Under the pieces are notes generated by a model, which was not told the DNA's origin, searched no databases, and saw only the letters and a program-made list of their open reading frames with translations. Below, piece by piece: positions 25,210 to 39,895 of a stretch of DNA of 59,185 nucleotides. This stretch comes from Paraglomus brasilianum. Lineage: Eukaryota. The DNA is taken from positions 1 to 59,185 of the forward strand of contig CAJVPI010000081.1 in NCBI GenBank assembly GCA_910592345.1, read 5' to 3'. Numbering within the stretch: the first letter of the stretch is position 1; the number at the start of each line of letters is the position of its first letter. A program made the position numbers and the translations under genes.

Positions 25210-25978
25210 ATCGAACAATTCACTAAAATACACAGTGCAGATATATGGCAATTAAATATATAGTACAAAAGAAGGGTTGAAACGTGAGATGGGGAATGGG
25301 AAGCGAAAAGCTCCAAGCCCTTCGCTGATAGTTGGAAAGATTTAGGATTACCTTCATTTAGGATTGTTGCGAGTATGACGTCATAATACGTTGTTACACG
25401 AATATAAAAATTAGTGTCTCACCATTGTCATTTTTTCCATGATCGGCAGTCCAATTTTTATTAATGTATTAAACAAACATGGGACCCTACTTAACTATTA
25501 CCTTTCTAGGATCTGTCATTATCACGCGAAAAAAATCAGACACGATTTTACCATTTACCGGAAATAAAGTAAATAAGCAAAAGCAAACAGATTAATTATA
25601 CTAGCAAGAGTGCGAGTACCTTCACATATACGAGTATGTGCTGCGGAATTGAAAAGGTTACTACATTCAGCGATAAATAAAAATCGTAAATCAATTTTTA
25701 CAGAGTTTAATCTTCATCAATTAAATAAGCCATCGGTATAAATGGATGGCTACACTCGTTATTTATTAAACTAAAATACTCTGAGTTTTTCTATTGTAGT
25801 GGAAATGCACACATATACTTACGTAAAGACGCCCATTATTATGCTGAATCTTCTGATTAACTGCTTTCTTGATTTTCTAGCAAAGTCTGTTAATCTAACG
25901 TTCTAGCTATTTCAATTTTTTTCTTATTCAGCAGAAATACAATCAATTTATTGTGTTCTGAGGTACTTTTCTTACTTA

Positions 25979-26640
25979 CAGTGCTGTTCAAAAGTAACCG
26001 TACGCCCCTAATGGAAGGAGAAATTTTTCCTGAGTATAGTGCATTGTAAACTCTGATCGCCTGTAAAATTTCAGCTCGATCGAATGTCTCCAGCAAATTA
26101 TCCATACATTACTATTTTGTCTCGAAAACGTATATCGTTTAGTCGAACATGAACTTCAAAATTTCATAATTCCACGTGTTTCTAACGGAATTGTATAATA
26201 TTTTTCTCGTTTTGCTTCAAATTTGTCTCTACGTGTCTCTTGGGATATATGGTCGAATTGGAAGAAAATCCTTGTTATACTTGGCAATAAACTCACATGA
26301 TATTCCAATCAGTATCGTTATGCCGCATTCTGTAGTAACAATTACACAGCAATTTGTTCAAAAATTATAAATGTATTCCGATGGTGCAAAAAAAACAAAA
26401 TAAAAATAAAAATTACGAAATTTAATTAGAAATGTGTCGAGATACGAATTTTTGATTTATATGGCCGAAATCGCATATATCTCGAAAATAAAACATTTGA
26501 TATTTGGAAAATTTGCCGAAGACATTCGATCAAGCTGAAATTCTACAGATGATCGGGGTTTACAATGCACTATTCTCGCGGAAATTTTCAAAGCATCTAG
26601 TCCCAAATTAGGGGTGTACGGTTACTTTTGAATAGTACTG
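25979..26640. mobile_element. Tc1/mariner-like non-autonomous element A with long imperfect TIRs
   Basis: Left end TA|CAGTGCTGTTCAAAAGTAACCGTACGCCCCTAA; the right end reverse-complements to CAGTACTATTCAAAAGTAACCGTACACCCCTAA. Inverted similarity continues about 200 bp inward. Right flank is AA rather than TA. Confidence 0.85.
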
Positions 26641-26656
26641 AAAATTTTAGTACATA

Positions 26657-27229
26657 CAGCAATGTACATAAGTAATTGACCCCGTAATTTGCTGCATATA
26701 ATATATCGCAAACACTGATCACCTGTAAAATTACAGCCCGATTGATTGGCTCCAGCAAAATTTTCAAACATCAAATATTTTACCTCGGATACATCATAAC
26801 GCATGCGCGATTTTGGTCATGAGTTTCAAATTCATATCTCAACACAAATTTAGTAACTTTTTTTTTTGTTTTGTTGCTGCGTACAAACGCAAATGATCGT
26901 AGGACATGATACGGATTGACACCATGCACGTTTATTATTCGACTAACCACCCACAAGGTACGTAAAGATAAGTTTGACAAACAAAGCAAAAAAAAATTCG
27001 TGTAAATCGATTAGAAACATGTAAAGATATGGATTTTTGAAGTTTATGTCGAAATAAGCAACCCACACCTTTGATATGTTTTAGAGACAAATATTGGATG
27101 TTTAAAAAATTCGCAGGTGACATTCGATCGATCAGTGTTTGTGATATATTATATGCAGTGGAATTTTCAAAGCGCTTGCTCATTCCCTATCTCAATTACA
27201 GGGTGTTAATTACTTATTCCACTTTCCTG
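26657..27229. mobile_element. Related Tc1-like element B, 16 bp downstream of A
   Basis: TA|CAG...CTG|TA ends. CTGCATATAATATATCGCAAACACTGATC pairs with GATCAGTGTTTGTGATATATTATATGCAG. The inner arm (CTGATCACCTGTAAAATTACAGCCCGAT) resembles element A. Confidence 0.78.
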
Positions 27230-29496
27230 TATGTACAAATAAACGAACTTAATGTTTTCACATATAGCTATTTGTTATTTCCTTATGTTTCTCCTCGGTC
27301 AGACCAAATAATAACAATGTGTTCAACGTAAAATTTCTGCCAAAAAGTCAGTCAGATAGATACAAGTGTTTATTATACAGTATACGTCGTATAATTGGCA
27401 TACAACAAAACAGCTCTATGGTCGAGTATACTTTTGGATGTTAAATAACTTAGAGCAAGAAAAAATGTCTAACAAACATCGAACAGGCTTAAATACAGAA
27501 ATTTGTGGTGGCAACGATTGTAATTATTCCAAAACGCTATGCGGCCCAAATATACCAAATATAATAGTCTGATATTTTTTCTGCGAAGTTTTGGAAAATG
27601 TTTCACTATTCTGTTTACCGTAATTTTTAATGTCGCGTTATTAGAAATTTCTCCCATTTTGATTTCCTAAAATACTGGTGGTTCCAATTAATATACGAAA
27701 ATTTTAATGAATTAATTAATGAACCTAAAAAATAATTAACTTGTCAAGCAGCAAAAAATAGTATGCCGGACGGAGACTTTATTGATCATTACTAAGAATC
27801 GATAATTTCACTAACGAATTGCTATTATTTTTGCCAATTTATTGTTAATCTAGAATTATCGTCAACAAGAACCTACAGAGATGTGAGCTGGAAATTCGAA
27901 AAGAAGGTGTCCCAGAATTAAGGCTGAACGTAGAGCTAAATCCTGAGGTCAGCTAATTATCGCTTTTCCTCTTTAGCCAGCATGACAGATTACGCATCTA
28001 CAGACCTAGAGAAGATATATTGCGACAAGATAATGCTGCTGCTGAAGATATGAAGGGTCTGCACGATTAGCAAGCAGGAATATATGAGGCATTGACAACC
28101 TAACAGGTTATCAACTCTCCTTCTGTACGAATAATAAAATTCTGGTAACATTCCGTGAAACCCATTGTTTGAAATAATGTCACTCATGCAACATTTAGAA
28201 ATCTCTGTTAGAATGAAATTCGCAGATCCGCTATTACTATTACAGTAATCTTAGCCACTACTACGACACAATTTAGGAATATTACCCTTACACTCGGTTA
28301 TTTTAACGTCATAGAAAGCTTCTTACTATTATTAGTGCTGCACCAATTAGACATCTCGCTTGTAATGTACACGTTGTATAGTCGTAACGGTTAAGGTAAT
28401 AAATAACGAGCAGAATTTGTTGATGTGTGACAGTAATAAATAATATGTTGTGACGTAGACACACATGACAGAAATCCATGCCATAAAAAGTCCGCATCTG
28501 TACGCTGAAGCGCAACACAGCTTCCCAACTGTCTTCTGTCGCGAACTAACTTCCCAAACTAATAGGCTTATCAGACGTCCTGCGAGTTTCTAACTCTAAG
28601 AGACGCATGAGATTAAAAGTTGAGGATCTAAACGTTGTGAGTATTTTCTTTAAAGGAATACGGTGAGCAATGGGAAGGTTTGCTTAAGAGGTAGTTCGGT
28701 TGAGGCTCGGCAGACGAGATGAGAAAAATTGGCTTTGGTACTTTTCCTGAAATACGCCTTCCGTATGGATATTCATCGTTGCGACTATACCTAGTATCGA
28801 GTGACGATGGTGTTGGTATGGAGGCGGGGCTTAGGAAGCAGATGACCATGTTTAATTACTTGATCTTATTTGATCGTCAGCTGCAAAAAAGAGTATGACC
28901 TGGTAGAATGTAGAATGGGTATGGATGCTACTGATTATCTGTTGTCTATTTGTATCGTTAATGCAAGGTATACACGGGGAAGAAAGCAAGAGCAAACACG
29001 TCTTGGGCGAATGGATTGTTCGTTCGACGTTGCATTTGAAATAATTTTTTTGGCAGTTTCCTTATAAGGCGAATAGCGTGTATATCCGAAAAGGGAATGG
29101 ATGATGCCATCAATTAATTAATACACAAGCTGATCGTCTCACGTTAATGTAATTCGTGCATTGTAATTGCTGCCTGAAAATTAAAGTAAAAACTGTGTAT
29201 TTATTCTATTTGAATTAATTATCAAAATTCTTTGAATGTCACCAATGATTATCATATTAGCAGTATTTTTGGTTGTCGCAAAAAACCCCCCACGATAACC
29301 CGTCCCATACCAGGATGAATCCAAAGGGTTCAGCGAATTGTACCTTAATAAAAACAAACTTCTAGTACAAAAGCGCTTATTTTTAATACATCAAAGATAG
29401 TATGGGAAAATGGGAGAACAATAAACTTATGGAAAGAAAGAGATAGGAATATCTAAAGCTTGTAACAGATAATTAGATGAATATGGAACTGCCAAA

Positions 29497-30375
<879 letters not shown>

Positions 30376-30816
30376 ATTTACTGTAAGTGGCTGGCTTTAT
30401 TGTTTATATTCGATAATACGGTCTACGGGAACGTGAGGAATCGCAACTCTTAGCAAACACAACTATAGAGAACCAGGATGGAGAGAGATGTCGGGGAAAG
30501 AGGGCCTAATATACAGATAACTGCGGGGTGATGCAACTCGTGCCAAATCGAATGATGGAATGCCAAGTGGGTCCAAAGATTGTTGGACAACTACTAGTGC
30601 GCCACGCAACCAATAGCATGTCGCACAGTCTTAATGTCACATTGTAATTGGGGTAATCAAGTGGCTAGTGTTAAAACGCTTGCCTGACGTATACAACAAG
30701 ACTTGTCGTCTTTCTACTCGATTTTTAACAGTTCCTTGTCAACTCAACCGCGCAGTTGTGCCTTTTGTGTGCATTATCTTAAATTTTACATCAACTAATA
30801 CATAATACTATACAAT

Positions 30817-33800
30817 ATGTCGATAATATATTACCAATTTAAAGGGGCAATAGACTTTGATACAATAACCTTCGATGGTCCTGAGATCTCCGTGTTCGAC
30901 GCTAAGAGGGAGATCCTCGTGGCGAAGAAATTAAAAGGAAACGACTTTGATCTCGTTGTTTCACAGGCTGGGACTGGGGAAGGTACGTCTAAATGATGCA
31001 GATTGTATTTGTCAAAGTCATACGAAATACAACTTTTTTTTTTTTTTGATATTAACAAGTATTACAACAAATGTATGGATTTTTGATCAACGTGCTCATT
31101 ACTCATTGATTCTTGTATAGACTATACAGACGATAACGTGTTAATAAAAAGAAACACAAGAATTGTCGTACGCCGAATGCCTACTCGACCTGGAAAAGGT
31201 AACGCTCAGAGATACTTGGAAGGCACGGCGCCCTCACCGCAAAGAAACTTTGGAGCAGCGGCTCGAGGCCTTGCTACCTCAGTCAATGGGTATGAAAAAG
31301 TGATGCTTGTCTCGCATAGCTGGATCCATATGAATTGTTTAAAATATTCTTACTCATCTATCATTTATTTGCTTGTTTATCCGTCAACAGCTCAAAATTA
31401 AGGACTGGTGAATCGAGACTCGATCTGACGCAAAAGGTGCCTCCTCCTCCTCCACCTCTAATGACGTCAGAGACTTCCGGAGATGCAAACGAAGAGGAAA
31501 AAATACAAGCAATGTTCCAACAGTCCTCAGAGTTCTGGGAGAAAACACAGGAGCTAATGGCAGCGTAAGCATATCTAGACTCTACAATACGCTTTATATT
31601 ATCTATCTTTTTATTAACTTTATTGCTATACAGTGCTCCGTTTAGAAGATATAACCAAGGGCGACCTCATGGTAGAGGTGGTCAGCACACACAACAACAG
31701 CAACAACAACAGATGCGTCCTCTGCCATCAACATACATTTGTCATCGATGTGGGCAGAAAGGTGTGTTATTCGATTTGTTATGGATTGGTGGATTAGAAT
31801 TGGGACCGCCCGAGAATCGATATCTAATGGATTTTGTCATTGACGATTGATATTACAGGACATTGGATACAGAACTGTCCGACAAATGGAGACAAGTCAT
31901 TCGATCATATGAAAGTAAGAAGAACAACAGGAATTCCAAAGAGTTTTTTGCAGAAAGTCGAACAAGTTCCTGCCGGTAAAGGTGTACTTGTGACACAAGA
32001 TGGAAATCTCGTAATAGCACAAGCAAATGAGTAAGTCGTTTAACAAATAGCATACTTTTAGTGCTTTCTTCTCTGTGATATCCTATGCTAAAACTAACTT
32101 GACATTACTTGATCAGTGCTGCATGGCAAAAGTTTCATGCTAAACAGAAGGCATACGTAACATCTAATGAAGTACTTGAAGAGACAGCTCCAATCCCGGA
32201 GGAGCTTAAATGTCATATGTGTTCGGGACTACTCAAAGAGGCTTCAATGACACCTTGTTGCAAGGCTTCTTATTGTGACGAATGTACGTATTATAATCCG
32301 TTAGGTGAATGGTACAATAAGAGTATAATAGACTTTGATTTAGCTGTGATATTGTCACGAGTTCGATTACCTTTGAATTTGTCATCGGTCCTTTTAAGAT
32401 CATTCTCTTTCAAAATACTATTTTCTTTAGCATTTTCGTTGGGTTTATATTCCCCGACATTTATTGCGGTTCAAAATAAATGTGATTACAAAAGTGGTCT
32501 TTTTTTTCTTTTCGCATGTAGTTGTTCTCATTACTTTTTATTTTTTGGAGGGATACAGACTAGCTCTTTCTATTCTTTATTTTTCCTTGATTCCTTCATC
32601 ATGATTTGGTGTGATTGTGTGGATATGTAACAGTTCAACTGTGGTTCCTCGTTACTGTGGATGATGTTGACTTGCATCTGTCAACATTGTTCTCTCGCAA
32701 GTGAATATGTGTTATCGATGCCGGATGCTGAATTTACCATTGATTGCAAAAGGGATATTGTATTAGAAATGCTGCTACTCACCTCTCTCTTAAGGCGTTT
32801 TTTTTTTCCAATGTTCCTCCCATATGCCTATCGCCGTACTAACATGAAAAACCTCTAAGCATACCATCGATTCCCGCTTTGGATCTAATTATAAACGATA
32901 TCGGTAATACGGAACATATCTAAATTACTAATCTAATTCACTTGATTACTATCATAGGTATTCGAAACGCGTTAATAACTCCACAGCAAGAATATCATTT
33001 CAAATGTCCGAGTTGTGGGGCTCACTTGGTACCCGATAACTTGTTACCAGACAAAAGATCTCGTGCTGCTGTCGAAGAGCATTTACGGGAATGGGCACGA
33101 AGACTTAATGAAATAGCTATTGCTAAGAATGCAAGTGACGTAGAAGGAGCCGAAAAAGAAAAAGAGATTATCGATAGCATTGACAGAACGCAAACAGACG
33201 AAGACAAGGATATAACGGAACAGAAAATCGAATTGGAGGATAAAGACGTAAGTTAAATCTGCGTAACTTCTGGTGATAGATGAATGGGTTATGCAATTAA
33301 ATGAATTATATCGGATATGAACAACGTAACCACTATTTCTGATGTCTCTCCCACTCCATTCCAGGTCGCAACGCCAGCGAAATCAGAAATTTCAGAACAA
33401 CAAGTGCAATCAGAACAGTCGGATCAAGCATCGCAACCTTCCTCTCAACAATCGCAGATCCAACGACAAACACAAAATAAAGAAAAATCTTCTCAGGCCC
33501 AGTCTCACTCGCAACAGGCACAGCAGCAGCAACAATCAGGCAATAAGCAATTCAGTGGTAATAACACGGGATCAGGATTTAATCAGTTTGGATACTATGA
33601 CGACTATAATGGTTTCGGATTTGACCAAGGACAAGGTTATTGGTACGACGACTGTAAGTATAGACAAAGGAAGCTGTCTTGTTCCTTGATTATGTATCAA
33701 ACGCAACGCCAACACTTATTACGTCCAAATTTTTCTTTTCCTCGACGTTACCCAGCCGGTTATCCAGTAGCCATGAACATGCTAAACAATCCCTACCACG

Positions 33801-35181
33801 ATCCATCAAATTATTTCGACTCGACAGCTTTTTATCCACCCGAACCCTTTATTCATCCGCAGTTTGTAACACCGTTCAGGCCGATATACGACGAGTACTG
33901 GGACGGTCCGATGCCTCCTCCAGGTAATAATTTCAATCCGTTTGGAGGGAACATGGCAGGAATGGCAAACGCGGGAATGGCAATGGCAAATGCAGCAGGA
34001 AGTGGGATGGGAATGGCAGGGATGCAATTTCGAGGAGCTTTTCGTGGATCGTTTCCTGCTCGCGGTATGGCTGGCCGAGGGCGTGCTAGAGGACGTGGAG
34101 GATTTTTCGATAGAGGGTTTGGGGCAGGGCGAGGGGGTAATGCATCTGGAGGAATGGGAGGTAGTGGTGCTGGAATAGAGGGTCGTAGAAGTGCGTCACC
34201 TATGGGACGGTGGGATGGGTAGGTTTTTTATTTATTTTATTTATCTAATTTTATTTTATCTGTAATGCTGCTTGATTTAATCATGACACATCTGCTGAAA
34301 TGCGTAAATAAAGAATTTATGTTTCATTTATAATTTCATATCAATTGATCCTGTATTTTGATAATTATTATAGGTCTTCACCACACGATAATGACTCAAA
34401 ATACGACAAAGAGCGCATCCAGGACGATTTCCACCGATCACAAAGACGGAATCCGTCCTTCTCTCATGGTTCCAACGACAAAGACTCTGTGCGTGATCGT
34501 GCATCTCCTACACCAGTATCCGAGCGTAGTCGTCGTGATAGAGAATCGCGACGTGGGGACAGTTCGGATGAAGAAGATAATGACAATGTTTCCATACGTT
34601 CCGGTCATTCTTCCAGACGGTCTTTACAAAATGATGCGTCCAACATAACCACCTCTCCGCTATCAACAAGTCATGACATATCCGCTCCACAATCACCAAC
34701 TAAATCCCATCGCTCTCGTGACAGACACCATCGGCGACACCATAGACATCGTTCTCACCGAGATGAATCGCGAAAAAGTACTCGGGATAGCAATAAAGAG
34801 GGTGGGAGCAGGCACAGGTCTAGATCAGAACACCGCGATGATAAGGACCGTCATGACCGTGAGAGAAGTAGTAGTCATAGGCGACGACATCATTCAAGCA
34901 GAAAGAGCAGTGGGGCAAGTGGAGGTAGTAGTAAAGACAAGGACGGAAATGACAGACATAGTCACGACAGACATCACCACCATCACCATCACGGACATCA
35001 TCACAGCAGCAGGGATAAAGATAAAGAGGAGAGAAGGCGAAGAGATAGTGATGGCCATAGAAGGAAGAGCAGAGAGTTAGAGAAGGATAGAGACGTGAGG
35101 AAGAGGTATGATGACGAGGACGATGACGATGATGGAAAGAAGACACACGAAGACAGAAGTTCCAAGAGAACAAAGTATTGA
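30817..35181 (+). CDS. MPE1: Mpe1/RBBP6 cleavage and polyadenylation factor (DWNN/UBL, zinc knuckle, RING-like, RGG and Arg/His/Ser-rich tail), multi-exon
   Basis: MSIIYYQFKGAIDFDTITFDGPEISVFDAKREI (DWNN), YICHRCGQKG|HWIQNCPT, RRTTGIPKSFL, CHMC...TPCCKASYCDEC|IRNAL...CPSC. Confidence 0.93.
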
Positions 35182-37184
35182 ATGAATCAAAAGTGGTTAA
35201 AACTAAATAATCACTGGGCGGTTGAGTTGGGTGATTGATTTATTGCTGTATAATTATTAATGGACAATTGGTCAGTGAATGGACTTTTGAGTTTACTCGG
35301 TGTGCTCGGTGTGGACATAATAGATATGATTATATGTAGTTGCTCTGTTTTTTATCGATTGTTCATAATCAAAAAAATAAGTAAAAATAATTAAACACCA
35401 GTGAAATTTGTAACAAATATGCGACCATAAAAGATCCCAGAATAGTCAAGCGCTACCCAAGTTAGGTCAGTAAATGGCAAGAGTTCAAACCAACATTAAT
35501 TCAAATGTGGAAATCCTCTTATTTGTACCCCATGCCAAAATAACCGCATTATCGCCAAGAAATGTTCTTTCTAATGATATAAATAACTTTGAATCTAAAA
35601 TATTGTTCTGAAACAACCATGTGTTACACGCACAAACGCGACACACGCTAAAATACCGGATTTTACAAGGCAAAAACACATTTCTCTACTTTTTGTAAAA
35701 AAGCTATTCAGAAAAGTAAAATTGATGTAGAGAGAAGAATTTATAAGAATTATGTAAATAATAAGTATTCGATAAAAGGCTCTACATGCTACTAAAAAAG
35801 CGCAGATTTGCATTAGGGACACCTTGCCAGAATAAACATCTGCCCTGTGAATCGTCTTATAACAACAGAAATATGTTAGACTTTGAAATTGCTGAACGTC
35901 ACGTATTGGCTTTCCTTCGTATGTTTAGATTGTCATCGTTATAAAAGGCTTATTTCAGTAGTTCGAACAGGCAATGCATTCAACGAGTAGAGGCATAGAA
36001 ATACTTTAGTTTTTTGTAGACATGAATTACATTATAAAAGGTAATTGTAATAAATGCAATAATAATAAATGCAATAGAAATACTCAGCATTGATGAGTGC
36101 TATTGATTCTTTGGCATGTCAATATTTAGTTTGCTTGATTTGATAATTAATATTGTCTGGCATAAGACATTGAAATTGGGCAGAAATTTACATAATTAAT
36201 ATGTATGAACGCCACAATGGGTATTTTAGCACGTGATTTTCGTGAATACACTTGCTTCTCATAACACTGACGATATGGAGCTCTTTTTCAATATAAGAAT
36301 GACTATACTGAGGCTACAAGAGAACGAAATACAAACGCACGTTTTTTGGGATGACATTAGAAAGTTATCAACGTTATTGCAAAAATTGGGTTATACGCAA
36401 ATTTATTACAAAAGGAAACAAGAGACAATTATTTATGCGTTTAGTTAGATTAAATAGAGCTGCTGTTATATAACATATAATACCAAATATTTACATAATT
36501 TTGTGCTTTCCCCCCTGCCGCTTATTGTCAAACCCGCCCCCAAAAACATTTGCGATATCGTAGAACAACCCATTCTGGTGAGTCGTAATAAATAGTCAAC
36601 GCGGGGTGACTTAATTTTTGATAAACACTGTTTACCTCGCCTGGATTGTATCATATTTAAAAAAAAATTTAATTTTTTTCTCTCGTTTTTCTTTTTACAC
36701 TGCAAAAACTTCTTACCGAGCAAGAACTTTTAAAAATCCTAATATGCTGGTTCTGGCATGGAATGATTTTCTTACTAAATGCCCTTTATACTCTTGACAT
36801 CGAAAATCATATGTTTAGCAGGCCTAACATCACTGGGGCTTTATCTGTTAAAGATCTGTTGTTGACATATTCTTGAAAACGATGGAAGATATCAACAATA
36901 AAAGATTAATTCTTTTGTTAAGACCAGAAAGTTGGGGTAAACGTTATATGTTTCGGAAGGTCAAAGGCCAACCGGATGCTATACGCTGTAGTGCTGATAA
37001 CTTACAGCATTTGAATGATTCAGCAGTTGAAACAGTTGATAGCTGATGAGACTGAATTATTTAATGCATATAATACAGCATTGACAACAGAAGATGGCGG
37101 AATAACTACATATTGTTGACATCAGAAATTCGTTAGGTAACTTTTTTGATACGTGGTCGTTAATGACCTCTAATATGGCCTTCT

Positions 37185-37793
37185 CACAACCGTCCATAAA
37201 TGCACGCTATCTCTCATCCCCAAGCTCGGGAGTTAGACGTAAGTGCACACCCTCCACATTCTGCTGCACGCTCTTTTCAAAGTCCCATCATAATAAACCT
37301 ACTCTTCCTCCCCCCATTGAGAATTTATATATTAAATTGTGTCACTTACTAAACAAAGACTAAATAATAATAAGGGAATTACCTGTTAAATTCGATTTGC
37401 GATCTTTATTTATGTTAAACGATACATCCATCAACGACTATACGACTCATACGCCAACATTAGGAGAGCTTACTCAGTTACTCACATGTCAGTTGAAGGG
37501 TTTTTAAATAATCAAGAAGAAAAAGAAGCAGTTTCTGATGACGAAGAGCCTATCGAATTATATAACTTACCGATAAGTGCCGGGCCCGTAATAATTGGCG
37601 CTAATGAAACTTCAAAAAGCTTAGAGATCCATGCCCTTTTGCAAGAAAAAGAGGATTGTTTAAAACCGCTTGACCAGTATAATAGTCTAAAAACCAATGA
37701 TAATTGGCATCTTGCTAATATCACATGAAACCAATCAGATTCTTTCCCTCTCTAAATGCATAATCCCGGTGTGCATTTATGGAGGGTTCACTG
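37185..37793 (+). mobile_element. Decayed, internally deleted pogo-like transposon relic
   Basis: Right end ...GTGCATTTATGGAGGGTTCACTG|TA resembles the 15-kb MITE TIR. A degenerate left counterpart AACCGTCCATAAATGCAC lies near 37188. The internal ORF MSVEGFLNNQEEKEAVSDDEE resembles acidic pogo transposase C-termini. Confidence 0.55.
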
Positions 37794-39895
37794 TATATTC
37801 GAACATGGTTTCTATCGTCAGGATGACATGGACAATCTTTATGTTTCTCCAGCAATTCAAGTCACACAGGTGATAGTACATCATCTTGAATGTATGTATT
37901 AATTTGAAAACACTGTATATCTACACAACTACACATTATTCACCACATAATACTGATGATGAATTCCATAATTTTTTAAATAAAAAACAAAACCCCCACC
38001 TTTTTTTAAATACAAGCAATAATAATAATAATAATCATAATCATAATCATAATAACGTAAGCTGTTTTAGAGAAGCATTTCGCTTTCTTCCAATTTGATG
38101 TTCATTTACTTTTATATCAGAATTTGTTGTAAATATCGAATATACGTTGAACGCTATCCAAAACAACATATTAATTTCTCTCTCTCTTTTCTTTCTTCTT
38201 TTCCTTTTCTTCTTCAATTAGTCTACGATTATGAAAGCGATGAAGCAAAATTATTGGAAAGATAGTCTCTCTCAAAGTCACGTAGTCCGACTTATCGAGA
38301 GTGCCTATGTATTCCTAATCGATATAGGGATTAGTTGTTCACAACTATATCGAATAATTTACCAGGAAAATAAATTATCAACAATGCATTTCAGATTATA
38401 AAGAACTTACTTATTTGTTATTGGAAAGGATATTAATTGAAGATTAAAGGAACACTATCGAAAACTATACAGTATATCTAATCGAGATGTCAATTCTTTC
38501 TACTATGGTTAGCGCATGCTGATGTCATTTCTACCCTAACTAGCTAATTGTACAAATACAAATGTGATGGTGTCCCTTGTGATACTAGCGGAGTTACGTG
38601 AGGAGGAATATACGTCAACTATTTAATATTACTCATAATAGTAAAATGGTCCAATTCATTATTGTAAATAGGTTGCATGTCCAATTTCCTCTTTACTAGA
38701 ACAAAGGATAAACTTCTTATTTGGGATCGCAATACGCCTCTTTGCCAGAAAACACGTTAGAAATTGGTCGCGCTTGCTTCGAACCCGTCAGAAATCACTG
38801 ACAACGAATATTATATTTGGTAAGTTGTGGTTGTTATGAAAGTATCGACTAAATCTGGAATTACCAAAGAAATTAAATTTTTATCCACTCAATACTAACT
38901 CCTCTCCTTTGGATTGCAAAAGGCAAAAAGTATCTTTATGCTCATTTCTCAAAGATATTACCTGATAATAATATAATTTTTTATTGTAATTGTATGACGA
39001 ACAGAGAATATGAAAACCAAGCCTGACTAGACAATTGGTTAAATAATCTGTTTGTTATAATTACTCTCACTCTTTTACTATAAATTTAGGTTGATATTGT
39101 CACGCGCCATAATATAGTGACGTGCTAAAATACAATCTGTAACAAATCACTTTAGGCTTTCCTCGGATAATGCTAACGTAATAGAAGCTAAGCAAGTAGT
39201 GGTATTTCGCTAGCTAAGCATTATCAGCTATTGTCAAATAAACGCGTTTACTTTGGAATATACGTATCTCCGATATATTATACGGACTATGGAAGCTAAT
39301 CCATCGCTAGAAGGTAGAGGCATAGCTATATAACGTATTTGAAAATCGAGAATCCGCGTTATACCGATCGGTTAATTTGAGAACCGCGGGTATAATTAAA
39401 GCCAGTTTTTAAGGTCACTAGCTGTATCAGCGATTTACGCAAAAGTAGAGGTTGGCCAAGAATAGCTAATCCCAAGGCCAATTAGTGAACGCTCTCCCGT
39501 GATAGTTGGCTCGACAGTATCTTGAGCAGGCAAGAAAGTACATTGATATAGTAAAATATTCTCTTTTTCCAAATCTCAATTGACCTCACTGTGAGAGTTG
39601 GGTAGTTATTGTCCTAAAGAGATATACGTGTACCAATTCCAATATCATGAAGATAGCCATAAAGTATCATCAATTACTTCCAAATATATTAGTTACTTCG
39701 CCGAAATAATTTGACAATTATTTTCATATGAAGGTGTGCCAATTGTTTTACAGCACTACTTTGGTTTCGTGCGTGTGAATGGAAGCTTGAGAGAGAACAT
39801 CCCTGATAAGTTAGGTTTTTTTTATTGGAAGGCTTATATTCACTTTACCAAAGACTTTTTACAACACTCACGTAATGATTTAAACCATGCGCTTG

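Noticed and set aside
32655..32735. Box C/D snoRNA in the MPE1 intron (ATGATGT ... CTGA)
   Set aside because: The C box is imperfect, there is no convincing terminal stem, and I could not verify an rRNA target.
34358..35173. Alternative-frame and antisense ORFs over the MPE1 last exon, and similar shadow ORFs over other genes
   Set aside because: By-products of low-complexity coding sequence in the real frame.
37886..39000. Exon-like stretches with splice-like signals
   Set aside because: Could not assemble a consistent ORF or recognise any family.
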